Source of the DNA: Felis catus | Taxonomy: Eukaryota | Direction of reading: 5' to 3' | NCBI RefSeq assembly: GCF_018350175.1 | Contig: NC_058368.1 | Coordinates: 193,814,001-193,878,000, forward strand | DNA length: 64,000 nucleotides | Shown: piece by piece, positions 49,925 through 63,260 of the stretch | Layout of the letters: each line of letters opens with the position of its first letter | Numbering within the stretch: position 1 is the first letter of the stretch | Notes under the pieces: generated by a model | The model's database searches: none | What the model saw: the letters and a program-made list of their open reading frames with translations, nothing else | What the model was told of the DNA's origin: nothing | Program-made: the position numbers and the translations under genes

Positions 49925-51229
49925 AAAACATTTGCCATGTTTTGTTGCTATCGGTGTAGCCAAAAGAACCTGACTTACGCAACATGTGGCTATCTCTTTG
50001 GGCTCTGAGCCTCACTTGATTTTAGAAAGAGAGACCCTGCAAACACTCACCCATGCTGTTCTTCTAGGGTTGTAGGGAGGATGACAAAGCTACAGACAAA
50101 GGCCTTTGTGAATCACAAAGCGCCATACTGCATGTGTTGTAATAGCAAGATAGGTATCTTTGTGATCTATAAGTTGGGCACATGTTCCTACTAGATTTCC
50201 AGCTCCAGGAGGACAGGCTTTTTCTGTTTCTGCTCTGTACTTGAGCCCTCATTGCCAAGCACTGTGCCTGGCACACAATAATTGCTAGCTGGACAAGCAT
50301 GGGGCATGATTGCCCATTGGTATTTGGCAGCAGAAGTGGAAATTTCTCTCAATACAAGGAAAAAATCCAGGGTCTCCTGTTATCCTTTTCTCTGAAAGCA
50401 CAATCATACCATTGGAAGAGCTACCAAAATAGAAAATGAAATCATTTGAGTAAAACACTTTCTATGTGATTAGAGACCTTTGTTTCAGATTAGCTCACAT
50501 CCTATTAAAACTTTGGAGAGGGAACTATTTTAGAAGCCAGGTGGCATTATGCAGCTTATGTTTGCTTATCTTTTCATTTCCTCTCTTTTTTAGTGTCTAA
50601 AATTATTTGCATAATAACAGATTCTTTGTTTTCGTGGAGTTCAGGTTTCAGCCTTGGGCCCCACATGAATTCGAAAATCCTAGGATTGTGATATCAGAAT
50701 CATTTGTGTGGAAATGCCTTGATGACCCTGAGTAGATTTGGACCTTGTTCTGGCTCAGACGCTGTCTTAATGCTAATGTTGTCGGTGACTCATCTTGTTT
50801 TTCGTTTCCCTAATGATAGCTGAAGACCTGGATCTCCACGGTATTGTCTTTCTGATGGGTGGAATAAAGAAGAAATGGATATTAAAACATAAGGACAAAG
50901 ACGTAAAAAAAAAAAGCTTATAAGATAGGGTGAAAACAGGCTGGTGTGGATAGCAGTTTTGGGAGTAGGATGGGGAACAGGGGCTAGTTTCCACTTTTTT
51001 TTTTCCAAATGATGCCCATTATTTATAAATAGTTTAAGTTTTTGTTGTGGGAATGGACTCTGCAAGCAAAGGTCTTAGCATGGGTCATGGTTCTAACTGG
51101 AAGTCTCTCTAGTGGTCATCTTACTACCCCACTCATTTTGGACATTTCTTTTATAGCATCCTGATGAAGTTCATGAAATCATCAACAAAAACCACATGCG
51201 TTCTTATATTCCCACAGTGTCTTAGACCC

Positions 51230-51795
51230 TGCATTGTGGATTGAGGATACCACAGTAAATAAGAGACATGTTTCCTGCACTTCTGGAGCTTACTATCTGG
51301 AGCTTATCCCCCTGAATGGGGCAGGCAGGCATTAACCAAATTATTCTATAAATAACTATGTTGAAGTTATCAGAATATTGTGATATAAAGGCAGAGTACA
51401 AGATGCAACAGGAAAGAGGAAAGAAAGTGTGGGCCTGAATTACATCATGAGATCTGGGAAGCCTTTTCTGAAAGTCCAAGTCTCCTGAAGCCAGGTGAAG
51501 AATGCAGGGTGGAATCTTCCATAAAGGCAGATGTGTCAGTATGAAATCCCTGGGACAGATGTGTGGTGCTGACTAGGAAGAGGAGGATCTGGGTGGCTCA
51601 AGAGGTTGCAGAACCTGCAGGGCAGAGTGTTGGATAAGGCTGTAGGAGTAGGCATGGGCCACATGGGGCAGAGTCTTGCAGGTATGATAGATAACTTTTG
51701 ACTTTCATTCTGAGTGCAATGGGGAATCATTCATTGGAGGGTGTAAGGTGGAGGGGTAACTTAGTAAGATTTGCTTCTTAAAGAACATCAGACTG
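51230..51795 (-). mobile_element. L2 LINE fragment
   Basis: tcctgcacttctggagcttactatct...gactttcattctgagtgcaatgggga. Confidence 0.7.
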
Positions 51796-51949
51796 GATTC
51801 CCCATAGTGAGGTTACTTCTTCACAGGGAAATTATTTTCTCAGGCACTATAGTTAAATGCGACAGATAATACTCACCTTGTAGGGTTTCCTCCATTGGGC
51901 TGCAGAACAATGATTCTCATTGTTTTTGAAGACTGTTTTATCAGCCAGG

Positions 51950-52115
51950 TCAGGGTAGCATAATGGATAGAGTCCAGCTTGGAGGTCAGAGAAACAGACT
52001 TGGCCACATTTTGCCTGGGTGACTGGAAGCAAGTATCTTAAGCTCACTGGGCCTCAGCTTCCTCGTTGGTAAAACAGGTTATGGTGAGGACTAGGTATAG
52101 GATTGTGTCTAAAGC
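51950..52115 (+). mobile_element. MIR SINE
   Basis: gcaagtatcttaagctcactgggcctcagcttcctc. Confidence 0.65.
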
Positions 52116-53989
52116 ATATATACCAGAGACGCGTTACATCTTGGCTGCTGGGATCAGATTTAACCTGCAGGCTTAGAGAAATCATCATGCATGTCAGCCT
52201 CTTGACAGGTAGCTAGCCAAGTACCTATCCATCCACTTAGAATAGAATTGTAATTAAGAGTTCTCTGTCTCCTGAAATGCAGGTTGGAGACTTCCCCTGC
52301 CCCTATTCCCCAGACTTTGTATGTTGCCTTTTCCTTTCCCCACAAGGTGGACCTGGAATCTCTGTGTGAGTCTCCTTTCCCTCCTTCTTGAGTGTGGTCT
52401 CTTCCCTTTTTCTTCTCCTTTCCAGAGTATTGTATCTGTCCCTCCATCTCCCTCATTTCCTTCTTTTTCTTTCCCTTCTCTTCTCTTTCATTTTTCTCTC
52501 TTGTCTTTGGGTGGTGAGAATTCTGACCCCAGATGACAGTCCTGCTCTCTTGTGGTCTCAGCTATACATAGAGGAGGTGGAGAGGCACGTTATTCCCACA
52601 TGAAACCACTGCGTATAGCTCTTGAAAGCACTTACCCTTTGCTTTGATCTGTAGCATATCAAATGATGGTTTCACTAAAACCAAGACAGATTTATTTTTC
52701 CCAGTTATTTCACAATAGGTGACACATATTCTTGTTTCCTTGGGAAAAAAATAATCTCATTCCTTCAAATGCACAAAGGAAAATTTATTTAGCTACTTGA
52801 TTCTTCCTTATTGGGCTTAAATATAAGTGCTTCCCTAATTTCCTTTTCATTCCTCAGAAAACACTATACTAGAGGTTATAGACATTAAGGTCTAATTCCT
52901 TAAAGAGTTTACATTTTAATGGAGAGAGACAGATACCACATGTACAACTGCCAAAAAAAATGATTTTATTATAATTGAAAATTGTTAGGAAGAAAAGAGA
53001 GCTGAATATAACCTGGTCTTGGGAGCTCAGCAAGTCTCTACTTTGGCTAAGTACTATTTAACATAAATTAAGAATAGGTATGAAGCTTCTGTGAATAAAA
53101 AAGTAAGTGCTGGTGTTTCTATATATGGAATGTAGTGATCCAGGGGGGAGGTTGGTGCCCTGAGCCAGTGGCTAGGGAAGGAGACTGAGACTGGACAATG
53201 GTTTAGTAACACTTTTCTGTAAGTCTTTCAGTGGTAAATAATGCTGTAATGCTTTCAGCAGTAACTAGTGATGAAGGGCTAGCCTTCTAAGGAGTCTGAG
53301 AGAAAAGAAATATTAATCCGAGAAATGGTTAATTATGGCCGCTAAGTTGCTACACCCCTCCTTGTCAGCTACGGAAGCACAATTAAGAGGAATTGTTGAA
53401 TGAAAAATGAGAGCTTATTTTCCTAGAGATTTGGTACTATTTCTTTGGTACCCAAAGAATCAAGAGCCCAAAAGCTGAAGAAAGAAAAATAATGTGTATT
53501 TAAAAATAAAGGGATAAACTACATGAGCAGCTGGAGAGAAAGTTTGAGTTTCTATGGAAACCTCTCCTAAAATGTCTCCCTCAGGCAACAGAGCCAACTT
53601 CCCAAATGCCAGAGAGAAGTAGAATATGGGTTGAAGCAATTCTCCCTGGGCTGTCACATTGGGTACAGCTCTGGTGGGTGGAAGGAGAGGACTTTGAAAT
53701 GGGTCAAAGTTTCCTCACCTGATATTTCTCTTCTGGAGATGATTGGGTGCAGAGGAATTGGAAATCTGAGAGTGACCGGCTTTTAGGTATTTCCTTACAA
53801 GGTGCTAAGGCAAGGATGACCTGGATGAAAGACTGTTGCAAACAAAAATGGAAACAGAAAATTAATCTTAGAGGTCAGCCACCAGGACACGATGTATGAC
53901 TCAATGATGAAATCAGAAGAATATTCTTGGAACCCATCTCTGCTTATAGCCCTATGAGATCTGTAGGCTCCCACCCCTCCAATACCACT

Positions 53990-54400
53990 TTGTATAATGC
54001 TTCCCCTCATTCAGTTTCCCCATTCCCCTGCTGATCTTCAAAGGTACAATGCAAGTTCCTTCTTCAGTATTTGAAATTGCTTTCCCCCTCAGATCTGTGC
54101 GTGGCTGGCTCCTCCTCCTCTATCAGACTTTGTGTCTTCAAAGAGCCCTCCTTACCCCCTCTATCAAATGTAGCCCCATGTCTTTTTCATCCAGGGTATC
54201 TGTATCCTATTATTTGGTAACTCCATTTATACCATTTGCTATGAGCTGCTTATTACTTTTTGTTTTAGCTGTTGATCAGCTGCCTCTCCTCAGAATGTAA
54301 GATCCATGGGAGCAAAAGAAGCCAGCTTCCCTGAGAGTTTTAGGTCTGACAAAAGTGTAAGCAGAGAGATGGTACTCAATACATGTTGTATCAGTGATTC
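53990..54400 (+). mobile_element. L2 LINE 3' end
   Basis: ccctcagatctgtgcgtggctggctcc...gaatgtaagatccatgggagca...atggtactcaatacatgttg. Confidence 0.7.
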
Positions 54401-56590
54401 TTTTCCTCAAGAAACATGTGATACAGTTATTGTGATGATGACAGGGCATGTACACTTGACTTACATAATATTTCACAGCTCTGAGTGATCAAGGGTTAAC
54501 TAATTTCCATGTCAGAAGGAAGAAATCTCCAGGTACAGTTAACATTAACAATAACAAAAAAAAATATTAAAACCAACAAGAAGTTCCATTTATTGGATAA
54601 TTTCTTTGTGGTAGGCTCTAAGAGGTACTTTACATTTCATATCTATACCTGTAAAATAACCTCTTAAATAAGGATCCCCGTTTTCTGGTTAAAGAAACAG
54701 GGTCAGAGAGGCTAAGATTGTGAAATTGGATTTTGAACTAAGTTTGGTCTAATTCTTAACTCTAGGAATATACTATTTATTGTGAAGATAGAATGTTTTT
54801 GGAGAGGAGACTTGAGCCTTGTCAAGACAGAGGATTTGGGTAGGGGATACATAGCTAGATCTTAGTGGTGTGGAGGGGAGGCATGGTCCACAGGTAATTT
54901 CTGAAAGGATGGAAGCAACAGTATGGGACTGGGGTGAGAAAAGCAATTGAGTACCTTGCATGTTGGCTAAGTTCCCAGACATGTGTGGGTCTCCTGGCTC
55001 TGGAACTGGAGGAGGCTAGGGCTAGAAGGTGTGGTTGGGGTGAGATATGTGGGGATATGATCAGTTAGATAGGGTTGGACCGGATGACATAAGATCCTTG
55101 AACCTTAAAACAAGGAGTTTAAATTGAATATAAAATACCTTACATGTATTTATAGATTTTCATTCATGTGAACCTACGTTACGTCATATGTACATCTGTG
55201 GAATGCTTAGCAATTTGCAGAGAGTTCTTAAGCTTCCATTTCCCTTTTCATGCCCAGGTATTATTATGCCCATTTTATAAACAGAGGCAACTGAGCTCAG
55301 AAGATTGTTGCTAGGTAAGGCCATCTGCGATGCTGGTTCTAGAACCCAACCTCCAGACTCTTGCTATTACTTTATTTTCTTCAGTTGAATAATTCCTGAT
55401 GTGAAAAAACGTTCTTGATAGTGATCTAAAATATATATTGAACTTTTCTGTTTTACAGTTAAAAATTGCAGAGAAAAATCATGAATCCTTTCCATGAAAT
55501 AAATGTAGATGTTAGTATTCATTCTTCAAAGCATGAGTAAATTTTGCAAGACAAAAAAATAAAAAAAAATACTATTTTCTTCTCTCCCAACTATTTATAT
55601 ATTATCAAATTTAGTACTTTTGTCTAAGTAGTCTTATAGGAAATAAAACTAGTTTTATTGTGTTCTATACTTAGTCATCATGAAATTTTCCCCATTTTTC
55701 CCTACAAATTAGTCATTCTTCCCAGTACTTATTTTTATGATGATATTGGCAAGTCATAGAATCTCTAAGCCATCACTCTTGTTCATTCATTCTTTTTCTT
55801 CCTTCCATCTCTCCTATTCATGGTATCAATAATATCTTTCAGTCTACCTTTAGAATTTATTGTTTGCTCTAATGACAGTGAATGTGAAAATACCATTTAA
55901 ACTAGAAAACATCATGAAATTCTAAGCAATTGTTCTTTTTATGACTAGACCAGAGTGAATTATTTATGTCTGTTCCTCGAACTATTCCCTGATGCATCTG
56001 GTTTTAGGTCCCTTCCTTGTCCTTTGATCATGATTGAATTTGTCAGTGTCTCTCTTAATTGCCAGTTTTAGAAATCATTCTTTATTGTTCTACACACTAG
56101 AACCCATCTCACTGGGTTCTAAGTGGCCGTATCATTGTGGTATTAGATCTTGAAAGGCATGAGGCAGTAGCCACAGATGGGCAGTTCAGGGGCCCTGTGG
56201 GACCATAGAAGTGTGTTTAATTTGCTTCATTTATTTAATTTAAAAATAAACCGTGAGGCAACTTTAAACCCCACAAGAATGCATATAAACATCTGTATTT
56301 CTGACTTTTTTTAAAAAAGTGGAACATCTGTATTCCCACATACCGTCTTCAGATTCCTTATTATTAGCTAAGGCCTACTTCAGATGGGATAGGAGTTGTC
56401 TGTCTTGTAGATGCTCTACCACTTCCAGTTGTCTCCCTGAATTCAGGATCCATTGTCCATTCTCCTTTATGTTGAATCTGACCTGCTGTCTTTCCCACTG
56501 TGAAGAAATCTCTCTCTGAAAAGTGTGAAAATGGGAGATGAAAGAAGGCTGCCATGTTTCCAAAAAGGGAGACTCAATACTTGTTTTTAG

Positions 56591-57020
56591 TGTACGGAGA
56601 GAAAAGTTTTCCTTCTTTTCTAGGTTCTTTGGCTGGTCTGATAATTACATTGACATAAGACCAGTGAACAGGAGAAAAACATACCTGTATGTACAGAACA
56701 CCAAAGTGGACAGTTGTGGCTTCTATGCCATCCTGAGCTACAGAATGGGGTAGGGGCTGGGCTTTAAATGGGAGGAGGGTAATTTACAGGGTGATAAGAA
56801 GAACAGAGGATTGGTAGTTAGATGTTGTCCCTGCTGCAGACATAGGCCATTCAGATAAAAGTTGTCCTTAGCTCTGTATCTAAGCCAGGGCAGAGATAAA
56901 AATTCTTTTGCAAGAGAGCTAAAAGTTTTTCTTGAGCCTGCTAGATCTTGATTGCCTTCAGCTCAAAATAATTCACTGCCAAAGTGGCATATTTTGGGGT
57001 CACATATTCTTTTCCCTTCA
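56591..57020 (-). mobile_element. MER34-family ERV1 solo LTR
   Basis: ttgccttcagctcaaaataat...gccaaagtggcatattttggggt...cccttca is the reverse complement of the MER34 5' end; TSD-like ttag/gtag. Confidence 0.85.
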
Positions 57021-58544
57021 GTAGAAATGAAGATGGCTTCTGTGTGTTTAAAATTCCACCTAAGTCTCTATCAGGTTTTCCTTACACTTGGCCAACTGTC
57101 ATTCATTTACTTTGGTTGCCTGCCTCCTGGAAGTATTTGAGTTTACACCCCCACCCCCTCCTCATAATGTTTCAGCTTTGATTATCCTTTCTTTGGGGAT
57201 GGGGGTGTGTGTCTAGTTGCTATATATATTCTCCCACCTCCAGAATGTTATTCTTTTAACCACATCATGCCTCATTGCCTCCATATTTCCTTCCTGGGGG
57301 GAGTGTCTGTTTCCATCCCAAGCTCTAGGGCACTTATTCCACATCATTGCATCCCTACCTCTGCCAAGTAGGATGCCAGGCTCTGTCATCTCTGAAGACT
57401 GATAAAGGAAATTTCTCTCTTCACTTCCTCCTTCTCTGATGGTCTCAGGGCATTTTCTGTGGCCAGGGTACCTCTTATGCCTGGAATCCAGGTCTGTGGA
57501 TGCCTGCTTTTGACTTCCAATACTCCACATTGTCCATTTCTATCTTTTGTAGGAGTTAAGCAGTGGTTGAAGTATATGAAAAAAGGTAGTTTTGTAGAGA
57601 ACTTTATACTTTAAAATACTTCAAGATAATTGAAAATTGTAGATATATATCCAACAATGGTTTTTTAGCAGTTGAGGAATTGAATGGTGTTTGTTATTTC
57701 TCCTTCACTCGACTTTATTTTCTAAGTAAACTATACAACACATAATACTTTTGTAATCCAAAAATAAGACTGTTATTGAACAAAAATTAAAGGCAGTCTG
57801 CATGAGCTCATTTGAAATTTATTTAAAAAAAAAAACAAACATCTAGCACATAAGAGGTAAAGGATGAAGCAAAGGCAAGGAATTTTGATACCCTCCTTCC
57901 TCTGACCTGTACCTCTTGTCAGACCCTGACCCAATGGCCAGAATCTTGGTTTCTTTAGTTGGAATTTTTTTTTTTGTTTTGAGCTTTTGTACTTGAGATC
58001 CAGAAGACTTATCTGGTGCTGAAGCAGTAAGATGTGGACTCATGTTTTCTTTGCTTTCTGTATTCCCTGCAGATAGATTGGTTAAGTTCAGCAGCCAGGA
58101 AGATAATGTGAATGAAGAGGGTAAAGTGAGTGGTAAGGAGCATGCCAGGCACTGTTGCGAGCTAGACAGTATGGGCTCTGTCTCTAGACAGTGGTCTGCA
58201 TGTCTGTAGCTGGCACTTCCATCTGGAGCTGGAGTGCAGGGCTAGCCTAACCTTATGTGACTTTGAAAGTGAAGTTGACCATCCAGGTTAAAAATGACAG
58301 ATGCCCTGATTATTGTGTGTTGAATGCACAAGCAGCAGCATATGTGGCCTCAGGTACAGTGTGGAAAGCCTCTGCTCCCTGTTGGCCATGTGACTCTGTA
58401 CGTCATTTAAGTTCTCGAGGACTCCTATCACCTATTGAGGGGAAGGGAGGAATTAACATGCCTGGTGAAAATAACATGGGGGTGTTAAAGAGAAAATCAT
58501 GTTTAAATAAAGAACTATTTATTGAATACCTCCTTTCTTGAGGT

Positions 58545-59060
58545 ATTCAAGATCAAGGAGCAAAGTCCGAGCTGTTAAGGCAGAAACCAATCCTCTCAGT
58601 AAACGGCAAAGGAATTTAGAAGATCTGAATGTTCAGAAGGCTGGAAGAAGCAGGTTCAGAAGCTGTGTAGCCAGAAACATCATCTAAAATCATGCAGCCT
58701 GATTGGCTAAGATGTCACTGTCACTGGGCACGAGATGCCTCAGTTTGTACTGCTGTTGAAAAAGGCAACCATGCATAGTGTTCTCATAAACACAATAACC
58801 AACCATAACCTCTGCCACCCACAGTAGAAAAGCCCCCATTCCTCACATCACTGATGTACAGCTCAACATTGGTGCCCATGTGTCTGGCTGCAGAGCCTCA
58901 GCCTTGTACCCATACCCTCAGCACAAAAGAGGCTGGGAAAGAGACAGCATGGTCTTTTAGCTCTTAGGAAGGCTCTCAGGTGGGGTTGTGTGAAATACAG
59001 GATTACCTAATAGAAACAAAAAAAGTTTAAACACCGAGTGCCTAAACAATAGAAAAATGT
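58545..59060 (-). mobile_element. Old MaLR LTR (MLT1N/O-like)
   Basis: aaaggaatttag...cagaaggctggaagaagcagg...aaaagaggctgggaaa. Confidence 0.45.
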
Positions 59061-59800
59061 CCCTTAGATTTCCTATCGTTGAGGGATTTTTAGTCATTTG
59101 AAATAGATGATCCTGTTTTAAATATGCTACACAATTGTAAACCATGCCCATTTTATGTCAGCGGACTTTTAACCAGCTCACTGTTCTGTTTGCCTAGGAA
59201 GATCACCGAGTGGAAGGGTTGTCACGAGATTTTCTCTTTGGACACCCAGTTCCTTTGTGGCATGCCAGACTTCAGAAGCTGGTGTTTTCCTGTTACCCCT
59301 GGTCTTTCCTCATCTGGAAGTACTGAGCAGACCAGGATGCTGTGATCATCTCTAAGAATAGGAAGCTAAAAATACCCTGAGGAGAGGGCAGGCTCCTTCC
59401 TGGCTGTACAGGGCCAGCCAGTCTGTCATCCATCTTCCCTGTCTATCCTCATTTCCATACCATTGTCCCTCAGCTTTGGGAGTCATGGCATTGCTTTGCA
59501 AGTTAGCAAACTAATGAAAAAGCCCTCAGACAATTCTGTCTTATACATCTTTCTCTTATATTCTGTGTCTCTGTGAAGAGATGGGATTGAGCTCTACATC
59601 CTCCTGAAGCTTTCCTTCTACCCATTGCAGAAATCCCAGTACGGCAGCTTAATAATCCCCATAAGATGATAAATTCCTGAAGGCAGTGACCAGGTCTTTG
59701 ATTATTACCACTTTATCCCCAGTGAGTAGTACCATGCACAGCTCATGACTGGCATCCAAATATCTGTGGAATGAATGGTAATGCATTTGATTTTTTTTAA

Positions 59801-59812
59801 ATGTTTATTTAT

Positions 59813-59865
<53 letters not shown>

Positions 59866-60028
59866 GAGCGAGCAGGGAAGTGCAGAGAGAGAGGGAGAGA
59901 ATCCCAAGCAGGCTCTGTGCTGCCAGCGCAGAACCTGATACGGGGCTTGAACTCACAAACCATGAGATTGTGACCTGAGCCAAAACCAAGAGTTGGACGT
60001 TTAACCAACTGAGCTACCCAGGAACCCC
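59801..60028 (-). mobile_element. Can-SINE (SINEC_Fc3-like) with a long (GA)n
   Basis: (GA)n at about 59816-59861; SINE body; TSD-like tgattttttttaa / tgttttttttaa. Confidence 0.94.
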
Positions 60029-60487
60029 TGTTTTTTTTAATTACATGAAAATTAAAGGACTCCACACTTCCCCTTCCACACCACCCACAACTAGGTAAAG
60101 CCAGAGAGGATCTAAGTAGATCCTGTAACTGTGAATGAAATCTGAGGGTGTCTTCGGGCACAGGTGGGTCCAGGAACTCTCTGTTCTTATCCTGAGTTGG
60201 GCATGCTTTTCCTCTAACCCTCCCAATAACTCCAGGAGAAGAAGATTTTATCCTCATGAATTAAAAAAAAAAATCCAATACCAAATGTAATTGGACAGCT
60301 GGGTTGCCAGCTGATTCAGGCAGGGAAGCAGTAGGGCTGGGTTATTGATTGGTTTAATTTGTGCTGCAGACTCACTCTTGGAGTCCAAGTAAGCCCATAC
60401 AAGTTCCATGGGTTGGGAATGGAGAAATTGAGGCTCTCTAAAGGAAACTGAAGTGTTATTATCAGTAGACAGGATAGATGCCAGATC

Positions 60488-60909
60488 TAAGTGTGTTGAA
60501 TGATGCTCCCCCCACCCCAAGAGATCTGTCGACCTGGAACTTATGAATGTGATTGTATTTAGAAAAAGGATCTCTCCTGACCTAATTTGTCTTAAAATGA
60601 GATCATCCTGGATTAGGGTAGGCCCTAAATCTAATAACTGGTGCCCTTAGAAAAGAAGACATACACAGAAGACAATATGAAGACCGAGACATAGATGGGA
60701 GCGTTCCCTCCACAAGCCAAGGATGGCCAGGATTCCCTGGAATCTGGGAGACACGTGGAACAAATTCCACCTCAGAGCCTCCAATAAACCTGATGACACC
60801 TTGATCTTTTTTTAGACTTCTAGCCTGCAGAACCGTGAAGGAATACATTTCTAATATTTTAGGCCACTGGTTGGTGATGTGTGTTACAGTAGCCCTAGGA
60901 AACTCATAC
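60488..60909 (+). mobile_element. MLT1B-like MaLR solo LTR
   Basis: aaaatgagatcatcctggattagggtaggccctaaatc...gttacagtagccctaggaaactcatac. Confidence 0.85.
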
Positions 60910-63024
60910 TCTGGGTAAATAAAAACAACTGAGGTTTACTCTGGCCACAGCATATGGGCGGTTCTGGCCTGGAATATTAACCTATAAGTCAAGGACTGTC
61001 AAGACCCCGGGCTGGGATTTGTAACTACTTCTGCCCTCATTGACCTCACTCTCGGGGCCAACTGGTTGGGAATCCAGTTGTGCTGGATATACCTCTTTGG
61101 ATATACCTCCTTTACTAGACACTATTGAATTCAAACTACCCATTTAACCCATGGAAAAAGGATAACAGAAAGGCCCACAGGCTTGTGATGTCTGTGTGAC
61201 AGCAGGCACACGGCTGCTGGTTGACAGAACAAGGCTACACTATACTCTGTACATCCTGATGTTTCTCCCCTACCCACATGTAGCTCTTAAGATAGAGACA
61301 CTTCAAGTCTGAACAATCTACATGGAGGTTCTACTAGGTCTTTGAAGAGATGCTGCTCACTAACTCTGTAACATAGCATCTCCTGGTCCTATGATGTTGG
61401 GGATGGAGGGAGGTGAGGGACCCACACAGCTGCTAGCTGTGGTGCTACCCATGGTGTGAATGCTTGGGTGTGGGTAGGGGAACTTTGATTTTGGGTTTTT
61501 GGGTTTTTGTTTCTGTTTTTTTTTTTTTTTTTGAGGTTTTTTCCTTTTCCTGAGAAGAGGAAATACCTAATCTCTATGCTGATCCTTACAAGAGTGTTGT
61601 TTTTCCAGATCATTAACTTCATTTGTTTTCCCTTTTTTCTGGGCCACAAGCAGCCCTGATAGAAGTGAGGATTGCTGGCATGGTTTGTCAGAGGCTGGCA
61701 GCCAACATGCAGACTAAAGCCCTGGTGAACCTGGAGCTTGGATATGCAATGTGTCAGGCCTAGGAAAAAGGCATTAGTGTGATGCTGGTTTTTGTTTTTG
61801 TTTGTTTTGTTCTTGTTTTTGGAGGGGGGGCAGTAGGAGAATATACTAAAAGATAGATTTTAAAAAATGCATTAGTCTGAGTCTCCTCTTCAAGACAACA
61901 CATGTGGCTTTTCATGAGTCATAGTAAAGATGTGCCGTTAGGTGTCGGTCCCTTGGAAGGAATTAAGAGAAGAAAGAGTAACTGTTTGTTTTTGGTTAAA
62001 GTAGAAATAACCAGAAATTAACCTGCTTTTGAATTAAATTCAAATCTCCATGCCATTGCCACGTGGTGTACATATGCACTGAACACACTCATCAAGAACT
62101 GAATTTTGGGGGAAAAAAACCCACAAAATAACATCATTGATTTGTCCAGGGTCATCAAATACAATGAGTCAAAAACTCAAGGCAGATAGATATTTTAAGT
62201 CTGTCAAGCAAAAAAACATTTTAGTTGAAAAGCCAAGTCACTGTAATAATTTTGTATTTTTAAATAGAAGTACCTGACACGGATGTGGAGCATGGGTGTT
62301 AGACAGGAGTCCTACACGACAGGCCAAAACAGTAGTCTCATCAGCTTGGTACTTAACTATAGGATCTTGGAACTGGAGTTTCTCGTGGCTGTTCAAATGC
62401 TAAAGTCTTTACAAAGCCTTCTTTTGTGGATATCTACCCCTTGTCCTTCTCTCTATTCTCTGCTTGCCTTTCTCTTCTTTCCTACCTTTTACATTCTACA
62501 AAAGTGGTTTCCATTTTATTTATTTATCTATCTTTAAAATTGAGTTATTTTTACTAAGCAAAAGTGCACACCACCTTACAAAAGAAAGATGGTTCCATTA
62601 ACAGCAAGTCTGAATTATGTGTTCTCTTTTGTTCAGGAGGGGGGTGTCTTTCCTGTTCTATTTTAGAACAGATTTCTTTCTTTTAAGTGCTGAAATACCG
62701 TGAACTGGCTACTTAACAAGCACGTCTACATTGAACTCTAGGTGACTTGGACACACTAAAGGCATAAAGTCATTTTTAAGGACCACTCCCTTTTGACTGT
62801 AAGGTGCTAACTCTGTGTGACTCATTGGTGGCAGAGGCACCTATGCAAGTTTCCTTGGAAGATGTGAAGCAGCAGCAAGTGGCTGAGGGACCTCAGACAA
62901 GTCAGTGAGCCTCTCTAGGCTCCTTTCATTTTCTGGAAGAGTGCTATGCCAGATGATTGCTAAGGACATATAGAGCTCAGAATTTCTACAGTTCTATGAC
63001 TTGAGTTACGCCAATGATGATTAC

Positions 63025-63260
63025 TAATAAAAATAACTTCAATTTATTGAACACTAACTACGTTTCAGTAACTGTGCTAAGAAACTAATGGTCCCTGTTC
63101 CTTTTAATTACTGCATGAACCTACTAATTAAAGAGATAGAGTTATAATCCCCATTGTATCCATGAGAAAACTGAGGTTTAGGGAAGTTAATAGACAGTTC
63201 CTTACTTGTGTTCACGTTCCTCAGAGTCGCACTATACTGTAAATTCCATTCCAGCCTAGG
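63025..63260 (-). mobile_element. MIR SINE
   Basis: atccccattgtatccatgagaaaactgaggtttagggaagttaa. Confidence 0.7.

Noticed and set aside
51865..51935. Minus-strand donor AAG|GTGAGT (similar motifs near 1470 and 14485)
   Set aside because: No convincing upstream acceptor; isolated donor motifs are common background.
56095..56125. Hairpin tagaaccca-N6-tgggttcta
   Set aside because: A 9-bp stem is expected by chance in 64 kb and is too short for a pre-miRNA.
59705..60257. ORFs with RERERE or SLSLSL runs, and MAQSVK-type ORFs elsewhere
   Set aside because: Translations of Can-SINE bodies and their (GA)n tracts.
61084..61109. Direct repeat tggatatacctc x2
   Set aside because: Ordinary 14-bp slippage duplication.
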